The notes beneath the pieces are model-generated. The model saw nothing but the letters and a program-made list of their open reading frames with translations, had not been told where the DNA came from and did no database searches. A program made the translations under genes and the position numbers. Below, piece by piece: positions 46,442 through 55,617 of a stretch of 64,000 nucleotides of DNA (the first letter of the stretch is position 1; each line of letters starts with the position of its first letter). This stretch comes from a virus: positions 9,337-73,336 of IMG/VR virus record IMGVR_UViG_3300049740_002873, one strand, 5' to 3'.

Positions 46442-47004
46442 TAAAAAGGTACGGGGGATTCTTGATTTGCTTCTTGAGAGGTTCCTTGTGTTTTATTTTG
46501 TTGGGATTTGGCGATAAGTTCTTGCTCTTTTTTAAATCTGAAGTCGTGAAGCTTCGAGAAAAAGTAATTAAAAAAACTAATTATACTCTTGATTTCTCCA
46601 GGTTCAATGGGTATTCTGAATGTCTGGTTTCCGTTTCTTGTTATATTTATTCCAAAAGCTGGTACAGTAGTTGTTTTTCCTTGAGATTTTGTTTCTTTAT
46701 CCCAGGGAACGCATTTGATTGACGTCTTATTATCATCAAAAGAGTGAAATGTTGAGTATTCTGTCCTTGTCTCGAAGGCGTGAATTATCGCTCCAATTTC
46801 AGACTCATTAAATTTGAGGCTTATCTTTTTCTCGGGATCGCTAGCATTGCCAGAAAAACTTCCGATTTTTTTAGTGGAATCCCAGCTGTGCTGCTGGATC
46901 GCATTTATGTATATGGTTGGTTCTTTACTCTTATTGCTGCCAATAGAAAATTTAAAGGCGCAACCTGAGTTTTTGCTGTTTGGTTTATATAGAGAAATAG
47001 ACAT
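46441..47004 (-). CDS. Putative ssDNA-binding protein (Whirly/PC4-like) with C-terminal VPF tail
   Basis: SLYK..AFKF, KISLKFNESEIGAII; low-complexity tail ending PVPF. Confidence 0.45.
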   Translation of the reverse strand: MSISLYKPNSKNSGCAFKFSIGSNKSKEPTIYINAIQQHSWDSTKKIGSFSGNASDPEKKISLKFNESEIGAIIHAFETRTEYSTFHSFDDNKTSIKCVPWDKETKSQGKTTTVPAFGINITRNGNQTFRIPIEPGEIKSIISFFNYFFSKLHDFRFKKEQELIAKSQQNKTQGTSQEANQESPVPF

Positions 47005-47052
47005 ATTGAATTTGGATTAAATATACTGATATTATATTTAATAAGATTTTTT

Positions 47053-47340
47053 TCAAGTTGTATTTCTTTTTACATAAGTTAATACTGTAGTAGATGTTTT
47101 GTTGAAAGTTTTTTTTCGAGATATGTGTTTGGCCCTGCAGAGGCGATTTAGGCTTGCAGATATTTTTCCGTAAGACATTCCACCTAAATCTTCTGCAATC
47201 TTGTTATTGGAAAAGTAAATTGGTTTTCCGTGCCCGCCCTTCGTTAAGAGGTAATTAAACACAACAAGATCATTTCCTATTAATTTGCCCTCTATGACAT
47301 CTTGCTGTACCTGGATTGGTAGTTGGATAAATTTAGTCAT
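47053..47340 (-). CDS. Winged helix-turn-helix protein (replication-initiator-like HTH)
   Basis: LVVFNYLL..YFSNNKIAEDLGGMSYGKISASLNRL...HISR; start placed at 47340 from the promoter position. Confidence 0.7.
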   Translation of the reverse strand: MTKFIQLPIQVQQDVIEGKLIGNDLVVFNYLLTKGGHGKPIYFSNNKIAEDLGGMSYGKISASLNRLCRAKHISRKKTFNKTSTTVLTYVKRNTT

Positions 47341-47346
47341 AAACAT

Positions 47347-47375
47347 ATCATGCATTAAAAATTGAAATTTGTCAA
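47347..47375 (-). promoter_or_regulatory. sigma70-type promoter TTGACA-N17-CATGAT
   Basis: Perfect -35, 17-nt spacer; ATG 6 nt after the -10. Confidence 0.65.
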
Positions 47376-47478
47376 GTACATTCAAAAAAATAAACGTCGT
47401 ACGTGCAATTTATTGAATGATATATATTATATAGTTTATATATTTTATAATTTTATTTATTAATAAATTAATAAATGT

Positions 47479-47507
47479 TTGACACAGCTTTATGTTTATG
47501 ATAAAAT
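47479..47507 (+). promoter_or_regulatory. sigma70-type promoter TTGACA-N17-TAAAAT
   Basis: Perfect -35, TGn extended -10; heads the rightward operon. Confidence 0.8.
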
Positions 47508-47523
47508 ATTTGACATAATAAAA

Positions 47524-47820
47524 ATGGAATTCGTAAATTTAAGTAAAAAGAAATGCTATTTAGTTAGATGTTCTGACTGGTCTACTATAATAGAAGCAGA
47601 TAATGAAAGTGAGGCTTGTTCACTATCGTTAGTAGAAATGCTAGCTGAAGAGGGTAAAAATTTAAAACTATCTTCAGTAATGTCAACCACCAAATTAGTA
47701 GCAGATATAATGGATGAAGAAGTGGAGCAGGACGTTTGTTACCATTCCGTATCAAGGATGCTGGCGAATGCAGGTTTTCATGACCTATCGTCTAACGTAA
47801 AATCTATTTTTGAGTCATGA
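47524..47820 (+). CDS. Hypothetical protein
   Basis: ORF track; start moved to ATG 47524 because the TTG at 47479 is part of the -35 box. Confidence 0.7.
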   Translation: MEFVNLSKKKCYLVRCSDWSTIIEADNESEACSLSLVEMLAEEGKNLKLSSVMSTTKLVADIMDEEVEQDVCYHSVSRMLANAGFHDLSSNVKSIFES

Positions 47821-48374
47821 AATTGATAGGCATATCGGGATTAGCTAGGAGCGGCAAAGACTCTATATACTTAAAGTGCAAACCTATACTAAGGAGCATG
47901 GGCTACTCTGTGAAAAGAGTTGCTTTCGCTGATTGTTTAAAATCTGAGTGTGACGAACTATTATCTAAATATACGGGAATTTCAGCATTTACAGAGAATA
48001 CGGAAGAGAAGGAAATCATAAGACCATTATTAGTAACTTATGGAACTCACATAAGGCGAAAGCTTAATAAAAACTGTTGGATAGATAAAATCGACGGAAT
48101 GGTTAAAAGTTTTCTAAATGATGACATAATTACATTTGTTACTGATGTAAGGTTTGAAAACGAAATAAACTGGATTCACGACCTAGGAGGCTTATCGGTA
48201 TACATATCAAGAGATGGGATAAAAGCTCCCAATCAGGAAGAGTTAAGGAACGATCCGAAATTAAAAAAATTATCTTCACTCAAACTCCATTGGGGAGATT
48301 TCAACGAAGAAAGCTTGCACAATATAAACTCAACCATCAACCAAGTTATAGAGGGCATAAAAAATGAAAGATGA
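47817..48374 (+). CDS. Deoxynucleoside monophosphate kinase (T4 gp1-like)
   Basis: P-loop GLARSGKDS, FADCLK, R.LL..YGT..RR, VTDVRFENE. Confidence 0.85.
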   Translation: MKLIGISGLARSGKDSIYLKCKPILRSMGYSVKRVAFADCLKSECDELLSKYTGISAFTENTEEKEIIRPLLVTYGTHIRRKLNKNCWIDKIDGMVKSFLNDDIITFVTDVRFENEINWIHDLGGLSVYISRDGIKAPNQEELRNDPKLKKLSSLKLHWGDFNEESLHNINSTINQVIEGIKNER

Positions 48375-48939
48375 AACTATTATAAACGAAATACAAAACG
48401 ATAATCCTAACCCTGAATACATCAGCGAATTAATATCAAGACACAGTGGTATATATCTAGATATGGTAAACACTTTATGCGATAAAAGAATATACCCAAT
48501 AACTTATAATGATTTCGTAAATGATAAAGATTTAAATATATATATTAGCGCAAAAAAATTTGACAAAACTAAAGGTGCAAAATTTAGCACTTTTCTTGGC
48601 AATCGAACCAGGTGGATGTGTTTAAATGAATTCAACAAATCCAAAAGAAAAATAAATACAGTTAGCTCAGACTTAATAGATAACATATCTGAAAGTGTTT
48701 ATGACGACTCAATTCATGAATGCATTAAAAAGGACACTTTTAATAAAATAATAAATATCATAAACAATCACCCAGATCACAGGGTTGAAAAAATATTCAA
48801 AATGAGATATATTACAGGAGACGGTAATAAAGTTACTCCTTGGAAAAATATATGTGGACAAGTAAACCTCAGCATACAAGGATGTATTAATGTTCACAAC
48901 TCAGCAATACAATACATTCAAAAAAATCTAACAAATTAA
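48364..48939 (+). CDS. Phage RNA polymerase sigma factor (sigma70-family, short)
   Basis: Region 2 AKKFDKTKGAKFSTFL...RW; region-4-like IFKMRY...PWKNI...VNLSIQG. Confidence 0.8.
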   Translation: MKDETIINEIQNDNPNPEYISELISRHSGIYLDMVNTLCDKRIYPITYNDFVNDKDLNIYISAKKFDKTKGAKFSTFLGNRTRWMCLNEFNKSKRKINTVSSDLIDNISESVYDDSIHECIKKDTFNKIINIINNHPDHRVEKIFKMRYITGDGNKVTPWKNICGQVNLSIQGCINVHNSAIQYIQKNLTN

Positions 48940-48941
48940 TT

Positions 48942-49319
48942 ATGAATAAATACATAGCATTAGGAAATCTCACGAGAGACCCATCAATAAAAAATACCAA
49001 GAATGACAAAAGCGTATGCAATTTTAGCCTCGCAGTTAACAATATTAATGATGTAACATATATCGAAATAGAAACATGGGGTAAAATCGCCGAAAACTGC
49101 AACAACTATTTATCAAAAGGAAGCAAAGTTTTGATCGAAGGAAGACTTTCTTTAAATCAATGGGAATCTAAAACTGGAGAAAAAAGAAGTAAAATTTTCT
49201 GCATAGCCGATAGAGTTCATTTTCTTAAAAGTACAGAAAACGAAACTAACCATAAACAACAACAACAACAAGAAGACAGCCAAGAATCCACTGATGAATT
49301 TTCGGACGTACCTTTTTAA
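48942..49319 (+). CDS. ssb: Single-stranded DNA-binding protein
   Basis: MNK...GNLTRDP, WGKIAENC..YLSKGSKVLIEGRL, acidic tail DVPF. Confidence 0.95.
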   Translation: MNKYIALGNLTRDPSIKNTKNDKSVCNFSLAVNNINDVTYIEIETWGKIAENCNNYLSKGSKVLIEGRLSLNQWESKTGEKRSKIFCIADRVHFLKSTENETNHKQQQQQEDSQESTDEFSDVPF

Positions 49320-50374
49320 TGAAAGATATAATAGTAAACTGCCCAATAAATTCACTATCAATAGGTAATGTTTCATTAAACTTACTTAAAGAAATTTATG
49401 ATTCTAAAATAGATTGCTCTATCATAGAAATGGGAAAAACAGACATATCATCCTTTGATGATTTAACGGATGATTTTATAGACTGGCTTAACTCCAGCAT
49501 TAAAAATGCCAATAAAAAAATAAACAAAGACTCAACTACATTAAAAATATGGCACTTAAACGGCTCTCATGCAAGAGTTTCTAAAAATCAAATACTATAT
49601 ACTTTTTATGAGCTAGATCAACCAACTGACTCTGAAATTAATCTTGTAAAATTTCAAGACAAGACTATTTTTAGCTCTTCTCACGCAAGTAAACTTTTCC
49701 CCGGCTCTTACTATGCGCCATTAGGTTTTGATAAATCATTCTTTAACACAGATAGAGAATATTTAAAAGGAAAAATACATTTTGGATTAATGGGTAAGTT
49801 CGAGAAAAGGAAGCATACTAAATTAATTATACAGAACTGGATTAAAAAATTCGGGAACAATAAAGATTACCAACTGTCATGCTGTATAACTAATCCATTC
49901 TTCAAGAATGAAGATATGGAAGCTATAATTGCAGACACATTAAATGGAAAAAAATATTTTAATATTAATTTCCTACCATGGCTTCCTAAAAATTCTCAAT
50001 TCAATGATTTCATAAACTCAATTGATATAGACTTAACAGGAGCAAGCGGTGCTGAAGGCTGGAACCTACCGGCATTTAATGCAACTTGCTTGGGAAAATG
50101 GAGCATAGTGCTTGATTCAACATCTCACAAGGATTGGGCAAATGAAGAAAATTGTATATTAATAAAACCAAACAGGCAAATACCTGCAGTTGATAACATC
50201 TTTTTTACAGAAAACTCTGAATTCAATCAAGGCGATATAAATACTTTTGACGATGATGAATTCATATATGCAATGGAAAAAGCTATAGAAAAATATAATA
50301 TAGTTAATACTAATGGAAAAAAACTGCAAGAAAAATTTACTTATAAAAATACATTAGAAAAAATATTAGAATAA
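49319..50374 (+). CDS. Glycosyltransferase (GT-B, family 4-like)
   Basis: GKFEKRKH, SGAEGWNLPAFNATCLGK. Confidence 0.8.
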   Translation: MKDIIVNCPINSLSIGNVSLNLLKEIYDSKIDCSIIEMGKTDISSFDDLTDDFIDWLNSSIKNANKKINKDSTTLKIWHLNGSHARVSKNQILYTFYELDQPTDSEINLVKFQDKTIFSSSHASKLFPGSYYAPLGFDKSFFNTDREYLKGKIHFGLMGKFEKRKHTKLIIQNWIKKFGNNKDYQLSCCITNPFFKNEDMEAIIADTLNGKKYFNINFLPWLPKNSQFNDFINSIDIDLTGASGAEGWNLPAFNATCLGKWSIVLDSTSHKDWANEENCILIKPNRQIPAVDNIFFTENSEFNQGDINTFDDDEFIYAMEKAIEKYNIVNTNGKKLQEKFTYKNTLEKILE

Positions 50375-50718
50375 TGCCTTTATATACATATCAACACCCA
50401 GAAACTAAAGAATATATAGATATTATTCAGGGAATGAATGATACTCATGTATATGTAGATCAAGAGGGTGTTTCATGGAGAAGAATTTTTTATTCACCGC
50501 AAGCTAATATAGATTCAAACACAGATCCCTTTGATAATCAAGCATTTATAAATAAAACATCAAACCAAAAAGGTTCCTACGGAGACCTTATAGATCAAAG
50601 CCAAGAGCTTAGTCAAAAAAGAACCGATAAACTGGGTTATGATCCAGTTAGAAATAAATATTTCAAGGAATACAAAAAGAAAAGACGCGGAGTAAAACAT
50701 CCGCAGGATAACAGTTAA
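50374..50718 (+). CDS. FmdB-like protein lacking the Zn-binding cysteines
   Basis: MPLYTY start typical of FmdB-like proteins; no Cys in the protein. Confidence 0.55.
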   Translation: MPLYTYQHPETKEYIDIIQGMNDTHVYVDQEGVSWRRIFYSPQANIDSNTDPFDNQAFINKTSNQKGSYGDLIDQSQELSQKRTDKLGYDPVRNKYFKEYKKKRRGVKHPQDNS

Positions 50719-50724
50719 AAAAAA

Positions 50725-50732
50725 GTGTAATA
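50725..50732 (+). promoter_or_regulatory. GTGTA putative late promoter
   Basis: A-tract followed by GTGTAATA; the GTGTA core ends 12 nt before ATG 50742. Confidence 0.6.
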
Positions 50733-50741
50733 TTCCCCGAG

Positions 50742-51635
50742 ATGTCTGATCAAGGGAAATATAAAAACAATCCGTTATATAAAGATATAACGAAGCTTGA
50801 CCATTTATCACCACAACCAACCTTTTCGTATAGCTGGAATACTCAAAGTGGAGTGTGGGAGCCTAGCACTGTAGGCACAAATTCTTCTACCCTAGATTTA
50901 TCCTTCTTAGAAGAAACATTAAATAGAAACAACCAAAATATACTATCGGGCATATCTGGTATATCTATCACAAATGATAGCAACACAAATATTTCTATAA
51001 GCAGAGCAGATTCTCAACCATGGAAATTAGTAAGCAAAACCGTTAATCAAAAAATAGAAGAAGATTTTTTATTAATGGAAAATATTCCAAACGAGCAAAG
51101 ATTTGGAGAATATTCTGGCATTACTTATGGCTCAGACAGATTTATAATTGATGATCTCTTTAACACCTATTACCCAAATGCAAGATCAAACCCAAGTACC
51201 CCCGAAACAGGTCACCCAGAATATTTTATACATGAAGAGTCTATTGATACCGGAAGAGGCTCGGAGCTTTATCAAACTTTCCATAGTGATACCCAATTTT
51301 CTTTAAGACAGGAGTGTAGTGGAGTGAGCCCAATTAATTCTTATGAATTAAAAGACTTTTCCAAACTATACGAGCAAGGCCTTCTTGATAGTGTATTACT
51401 ATTTAACGAGACAACCTACCCAATACAGTTTCATACTATAGATGAATATTTTGACGAATCAAAGCTAGACGATGAAGAAAACACAAACATGATGTATTTA
51501 TATTCTGATGCGTCAGTCAGGATTAGCAGCGATGAAGCTAAAAAAATATTTATTAAATTACCACACTGTATATCGGGATACACTGCCAAGTATACATTAA
51601 CATATAAGTCTACAGGATACTCAGATATTATATAA
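50742..51635 (+). CDS. Hypothetical, probably structural protein
   Basis: ORF track; GTGTA motif upstream. Confidence 0.7.
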   Translation: MSDQGKYKNNPLYKDITKLDHLSPQPTFSYSWNTQSGVWEPSTVGTNSSTLDLSFLEETLNRNNQNILSGISGISITNDSNTNISISRADSQPWKLVSKTVNQKIEEDFLLMENIPNEQRFGEYSGITYGSDRFIIDDLFNTYYPNARSNPSTPETGHPEYFIHEESIDTGRGSELYQTFHSDTQFSLRQECSGVSPINSYELKDFSKLYEQGLLDSVLLFNETTYPIQFHTIDEYFDESKLDDEENTNMMYLYSDASVRISSDEAKKIFIKLPHCISGYTAKYTLTYKSTGYSDII

Positions 51636-51637
51636 TT

Positions 51638-52042
51638 ATGGAATTTTCAAGAATAAGAGAGCCCATTAAAAAGACTGGTCCAAACCAATTTATAATTGGT
51701 GATTCTCCAGTAAATAGTCAACTTTCATTAACAGACGGAAAACTCCAAGTGGAAGCAGTGGACGCCTCTTCTTTGTTGGAAATTAGTGGAATAAATTTTG
51801 TAGAGTACTTAACTGGAGACTTAACTTTCTTAAGGAATTTAGATAACAACTTAGTAAAATCTAGATATGAACTCAAGGAAGCTTTTGAAGTTAACGAAGA
51901 CAATGAAATAGTTCCATCTAACGCAGAGTCTATTTCGGATACAATGTGGATTTTAAGAAACGAAACAGACTTAGAACTAAGAAATAATATTTGGCGTTAC
52001 AATACTGGGCCCGAAGCCTTCACAGACGATATATCATTTTAA
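51638..52042 (+). CDS. Hypothetical protein
   Basis: ORF track; tight spacing with neighbours. Confidence 0.7.
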   Translation: MEFSRIREPIKKTGPNQFIIGDSPVNSQLSLTDGKLQVEAVDASSLLEISGINFVEYLTGDLTFLRNLDNNLVKSRYELKEAFEVNEDNEIVPSNAESISDTMWILRNETDLELRNNIWRYNTGPEAFTDDISF

Positions 52043-52044
52043 TT

Positions 52045-54633
52045 ATGGCGACAAGAAATTTAGTACCAAGAAATAGCGGAGAAGGGGGTGTAGGAAGAAT
52101 ACCCAAAGCGTGGGCTAGTGGAGTATTTGATAATCTTTACATAAGAGGGTTTGAGTTCACCATGGATCAACCTCTAACCACTCAAGATAATGTAACATTT
52201 AATAGTGGAGACTTTCCTAGTGGATTAACTGTTAGCGGAATGACAATCCCAGAAATACATGACATGTTAGATAAAAGATCTGGAAGCATGGCAGACTTTT
52301 GTTTTTTTTCTGACGCCTATTCAAATCATGGAGTTACAAATAAATCTTACTACGATACAATCCACGAAAACCATTTTATTTCAGGAATTAGCGTAAGTTC
52401 TGCGGATGATTTACGGCTCCACTTCAGGTGGGATGGACCAAAAGATCAATATATGGGCAAAGCCTTAATCAATAACATAGAAATACCCAAAGAAAATATT
52501 ATAGAACTAGGGGATAAAACAAGAAGATTTGAAGGTTATCTAGACAACTTAAACCTAACAGGAAAAACGTCAATCACTGGAATAGCTAATGGACAAATTT
52601 CTGTAATTTCCTTACTAGAAGTTGGTGCAGGTCCATCCGCAACAGATATAGTAATATCTGAAATTTCAGAAGCTTCCGCCAAACCAGGTCAACTTTTAGG
52701 AGAGACTCACTTAAAACAAGGAGATAGAATAAATGTAGATGTATTTTTTGACAGAGAAGATATAGCCTCTATTAAAGTATTAGATTACGGATTAGCTGAA
52801 GAAATTGATTTTCAAAGTTATACAATCTCCAGCGAATCAGATTTCTATAAAGCAACTATCCCTGTGACTATATCAGACAGATCGGGAACTCAAGGAATAA
52901 AAGTTCAAGCAGTTGATGATTTTGGTACAACTGGGGTAGTTGTGTCTTCAGAAGATTTCGCTCATGAAAATACCACAAGAGAACTCGATCAATTATATCC
53001 TTTAATAAACACTTCAGATCCAACATCCTACAATGGAAGAAGTGACGGACTAAGAGAAGGAGAGTCTGCAACCTTTGATAATTCTATATCTAATTGGGAT
53101 GAGCTTTCAGACGAAATTGAATATGAAGCACTAAGCTCTTTCATACAAATAGAAAACCCAAACATTTTTGAAGAAACTAAATCAGTAAATTATGTAGATG
53201 GAATATTTAGCGATGTAGATAATATAGAAATTTATGCAATAAGAAAAAATAACGGCGCAACAGACAGGAATAAAGTTAATGTTAAAATAGCAAATGGACC
53301 AGTAATACTATCAACGCAACTTGACTCTCTAGCTTCTGAATCTGAATCTCCCCACATAATAGGAAACTCTCAAGTTAAGGCTGGTGATACGGTTTTATCT
53401 AGGATAGAAATTAACACAAATGGTGTTGAAGCAAATGATATAAGTATATCAATACCCAACGAAGGAGTTGCGGATGGCTCGCAATCTTTTTTCTCATCTA
53501 GCTACCAAAGCAATGAATTACCTAATGGCAATTTTGAATTTACAATTCCAATCAAAGTTTATGGAGCATTAGGTTTTAACAATAGAGACGGAGATCAGCC
53601 ATCTAGCTTTATAGCAAGAAATAATTTTGGAACACAAAGCGATAAAGTAACTTCAACAGACACAGCTGAAGTGCATAATGAAACTATTCCAGAAATATCC
53701 ATAAATAGCATCTCATACCCTCAAGGACAAGAAGCAATTAAATCTCCAGAGCAGGCATCCATCAACAACACGGTAATTAATTTTGATCAAATACTTTATT
53801 CCTCTCCAAACAATCAAATATCAATAGATAATAATACTACATTAGAAGAAAATAAAACTGTTACATATTTAAATGGAGATTATAATGTAGAAAATGATTC
53901 TGGGATAAATAATTTTAAAATATCCGCAACAAGAAACGCCAATGGAGCAACATCAGAATCTTCTAAGGTTGTAAACATTGCAAACCTTCCAATCATTATA
54001 TCAATAGATGGAATATCTCTACCAATCAAAACATCATCAACTCCCTCTACTACAAACGAATTTACATTATCAACAAATCAATTGATGCTAAACATTCCAA
54101 GCTTAAACACAAGCAATGATCAGCAAGAACAATCTATACTAAATAGCATTGCCTCTGGAACAGGAAAAACAAGCAATAGATATTCCTTGACTGTTAGCGA
54201 TCAAGATACAAAAGGATCTTTCCCATGGATAGTTTCCGTAAAAAATTTATCCAACATAGAAAGTAAAGTAATTTCTCAAAACCCCAACTATATACTAGAA
54301 GGTTTTAATGAAAGAACTATATTCTCAGACCCAAATAGCATAGGTGCAGGATTAGCAGACATCGGAACATCCGTATCCAATCCATTAAATTTAAATTTTG
54401 AAAATATTTCAGAAGGAGGAACCGGGCCAAACGGGGGAACAATATATTCATACGAGTCATTTGATGAAGGAACCGTTTTCAATAACTCATTTGATATAAA
54501 CAATAAGTTTTCAATTTGCGATGAAAACGGAAACTTTAATCCTCAAGGAAATTTCGTATTTAATCTAGATAAATTAAACAGATCAGCAAATACATCTACT
54601 ATAAATCCAGCATCTTTTACTGTATCAGAATAA
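52045..54633 (+). CDS. Large beta-rich (Ig-like) virion protein
   Basis: Start moved to MATRNLVPR; S/T/N-rich; internal duplication (ESATFDNSISNWD..I.Y / EQASINNTVINFD.I.Y). Confidence 0.6.
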   Translation: MATRNLVPRNSGEGGVGRIPKAWASGVFDNLYIRGFEFTMDQPLTTQDNVTFNSGDFPSGLTVSGMTIPEIHDMLDKRSGSMADFCFFSDAYSNHGVTNKSYYDTIHENHFISGISVSSADDLRLHFRWDGPKDQYMGKALINNIEIPKENIIELGDKTRRFEGYLDNLNLTGKTSITGIANGQISVISLLEVGAGPSATDIVISEISEASAKPGQLLGETHLKQGDRINVDVFFDREDIASIKVLDYGLAEEIDFQSYTISSESDFYKATIPVTISDRSGTQGIKVQAVDDFGTTGVVVSSEDFAHENTTRELDQLYPLINTSDPTSYNGRSDGLREGESATFDNSISNWDELSDEIEYEALSSFIQIENPNIFEETKSVNYVDGIFSDVDNIEIYAIRKNNGATDRNKVNVKIANGPVILSTQLDSLASESESPHIIGNSQVKAGDTVLSRIEINTNGVEANDISISIPNEGVADGSQSFFSSSYQSNELPNGNFEFTIPIKVYGALGFNNRDGDQPSSFIARNNFGTQSDKVTSTDTAEVHNETIPEISINSISYPQGQEAIKSPEQASINNTVINFDQILYSSPNNQISIDNNTTLEENKTVTYLNGDYNVENDSGINNFKISATRNANGATSESSKVVNIANLPIIISIDGISLPIKTSSTPSTTNEFTLSTNQLMLNIPSLNTSNDQQEQSILNSIASGTGKTSNRYSLTVSDQDTKGSFPWIVSVKNLSNIESKVISQNPNYILEGFNERTIFSDPNSIGAGLADIGTSVSNPLNLNFENISEGGTGPNGGTIYSYESFDEGTVFNNSFDINNKFSICDENGNFNPQGNFVFNLDKLNRSANTSTINPASFTVSE

Positions 54634-54635
54634 TA

Positions 54636-55595
54636 TTAAATTCCCATTCTTGTTATAGAAAAATATGTTGGACTCGTTAGTTCTGCCAGGCTTCCTGGTC
54701 CCGCAACTAAGTTTCTTGAAAATTTAAATTCAATATAATCATTGTCATAAAAGTAAACGGGTAAGCTCATACTTGCAAACCTTTTTGAAGCATCTGCAGT
54801 ATTACCTCTTAATCTAATTGCACTGAAATGATTTTCATTAGTTATATAACCAGGAATAGGTGGACTTCCTGTAGACAAATCTTCATCTTCATAACCCGAA
54901 TAACCAAATTTCGTTCCATTTTTAAACATCTCAACCTGAACCCACGTATCCGAAGAGTTTCCATATAATCTAGCACTTATGTTAAAATTAACTAAATACA
55001 TACCCTCATGAACCACAGTAAACCTACTCATTCCAGATTGATTAGTTCCTACAGAAGCGCTAGTCCCATCAATATATTCACTAGCTGAAACTGAACTTGA
55101 TGCTGAAGTATTATTAAAAGGAATAAGAGTATTCAACATATAGCTTTGAGAGCTTTGATAAGATCCAACCGCTGGAAAAATAAACTCATCAGGGTTTGTC
55201 GACCCCGCAGGATAATCTCCCATAACGCTTGCAGTATAAGGATACTCTTGAGTTTTGTTTGATTTAATCTTGTAAGAACCTGAATCGATATATATATCGC
55301 CGATACTATTAGTAATATATAGCTGAGAATTTGCAGTTGATGCGTACCCTATATAACCTAATTGCGTGTCAGACGAATTTTTAAAATTCATATAACCGGC
55401 AACCGAGTTATTGACAGAGTTGTTATTGTCCTTTAGGGTTATTACAGGAACTGAGTTCTGAATAGTTATATCTCCATTATTAACAGTTAGATTGCCGTTA
55501 AGCACTCCTGTATCACTAAGTGGTCCAGACGAAGCAGAGCTAAGCTCGGCTACCTTCTGCCCTACCTTGTACAATATGGATGATGTATCTGCCAC
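54636..55595 (-). CDS. Distal fibre/receptor-binding protein with C1q/TNF-like head
   Basis: IPFN...RFTVVHEGMYLVNF...MFKNG...YFYDNDYIEF...FSITRM; GTG start. Confidence 0.6.
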   Translation of the reverse strand: MADTSSILYKVGQKVAELSSASSGPLSDTGVLNGNLTVNNGDITIQNSVPVITLKDNNNSVNNSVAGYMNFKNSSDTQLGYIGYASTANSQLYITNSIGDIYIDSGSYKIKSNKTQEYPYTASVMGDYPAGSTNPDEFIFPAVGSYQSSQSYMLNTLIPFNNTSASSSVSASEYIDGTSASVGTNQSGMSRFTVVHEGMYLVNFNISARLYGNSSDTWVQVEMFKNGTKFGYSGYEDEDLSTGSPPIPGYITNENHFSAIRLRGNTADASKRFASMSLPVYFYDNDYIEFKFSRNLVAGPGSLAELTSPTYFSITRMGI

Positions 55596-55617
55596 TTAAA
55601 TATAATAACTTTTAAAA

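Noticed and set aside
47026-47056. Possible promoter TTGAAA...TATAAT upstream of 47004 (minus strand)
   Set aside because: The spacer is only 14 nt; the gene can be transcribed from the 47375 promoter
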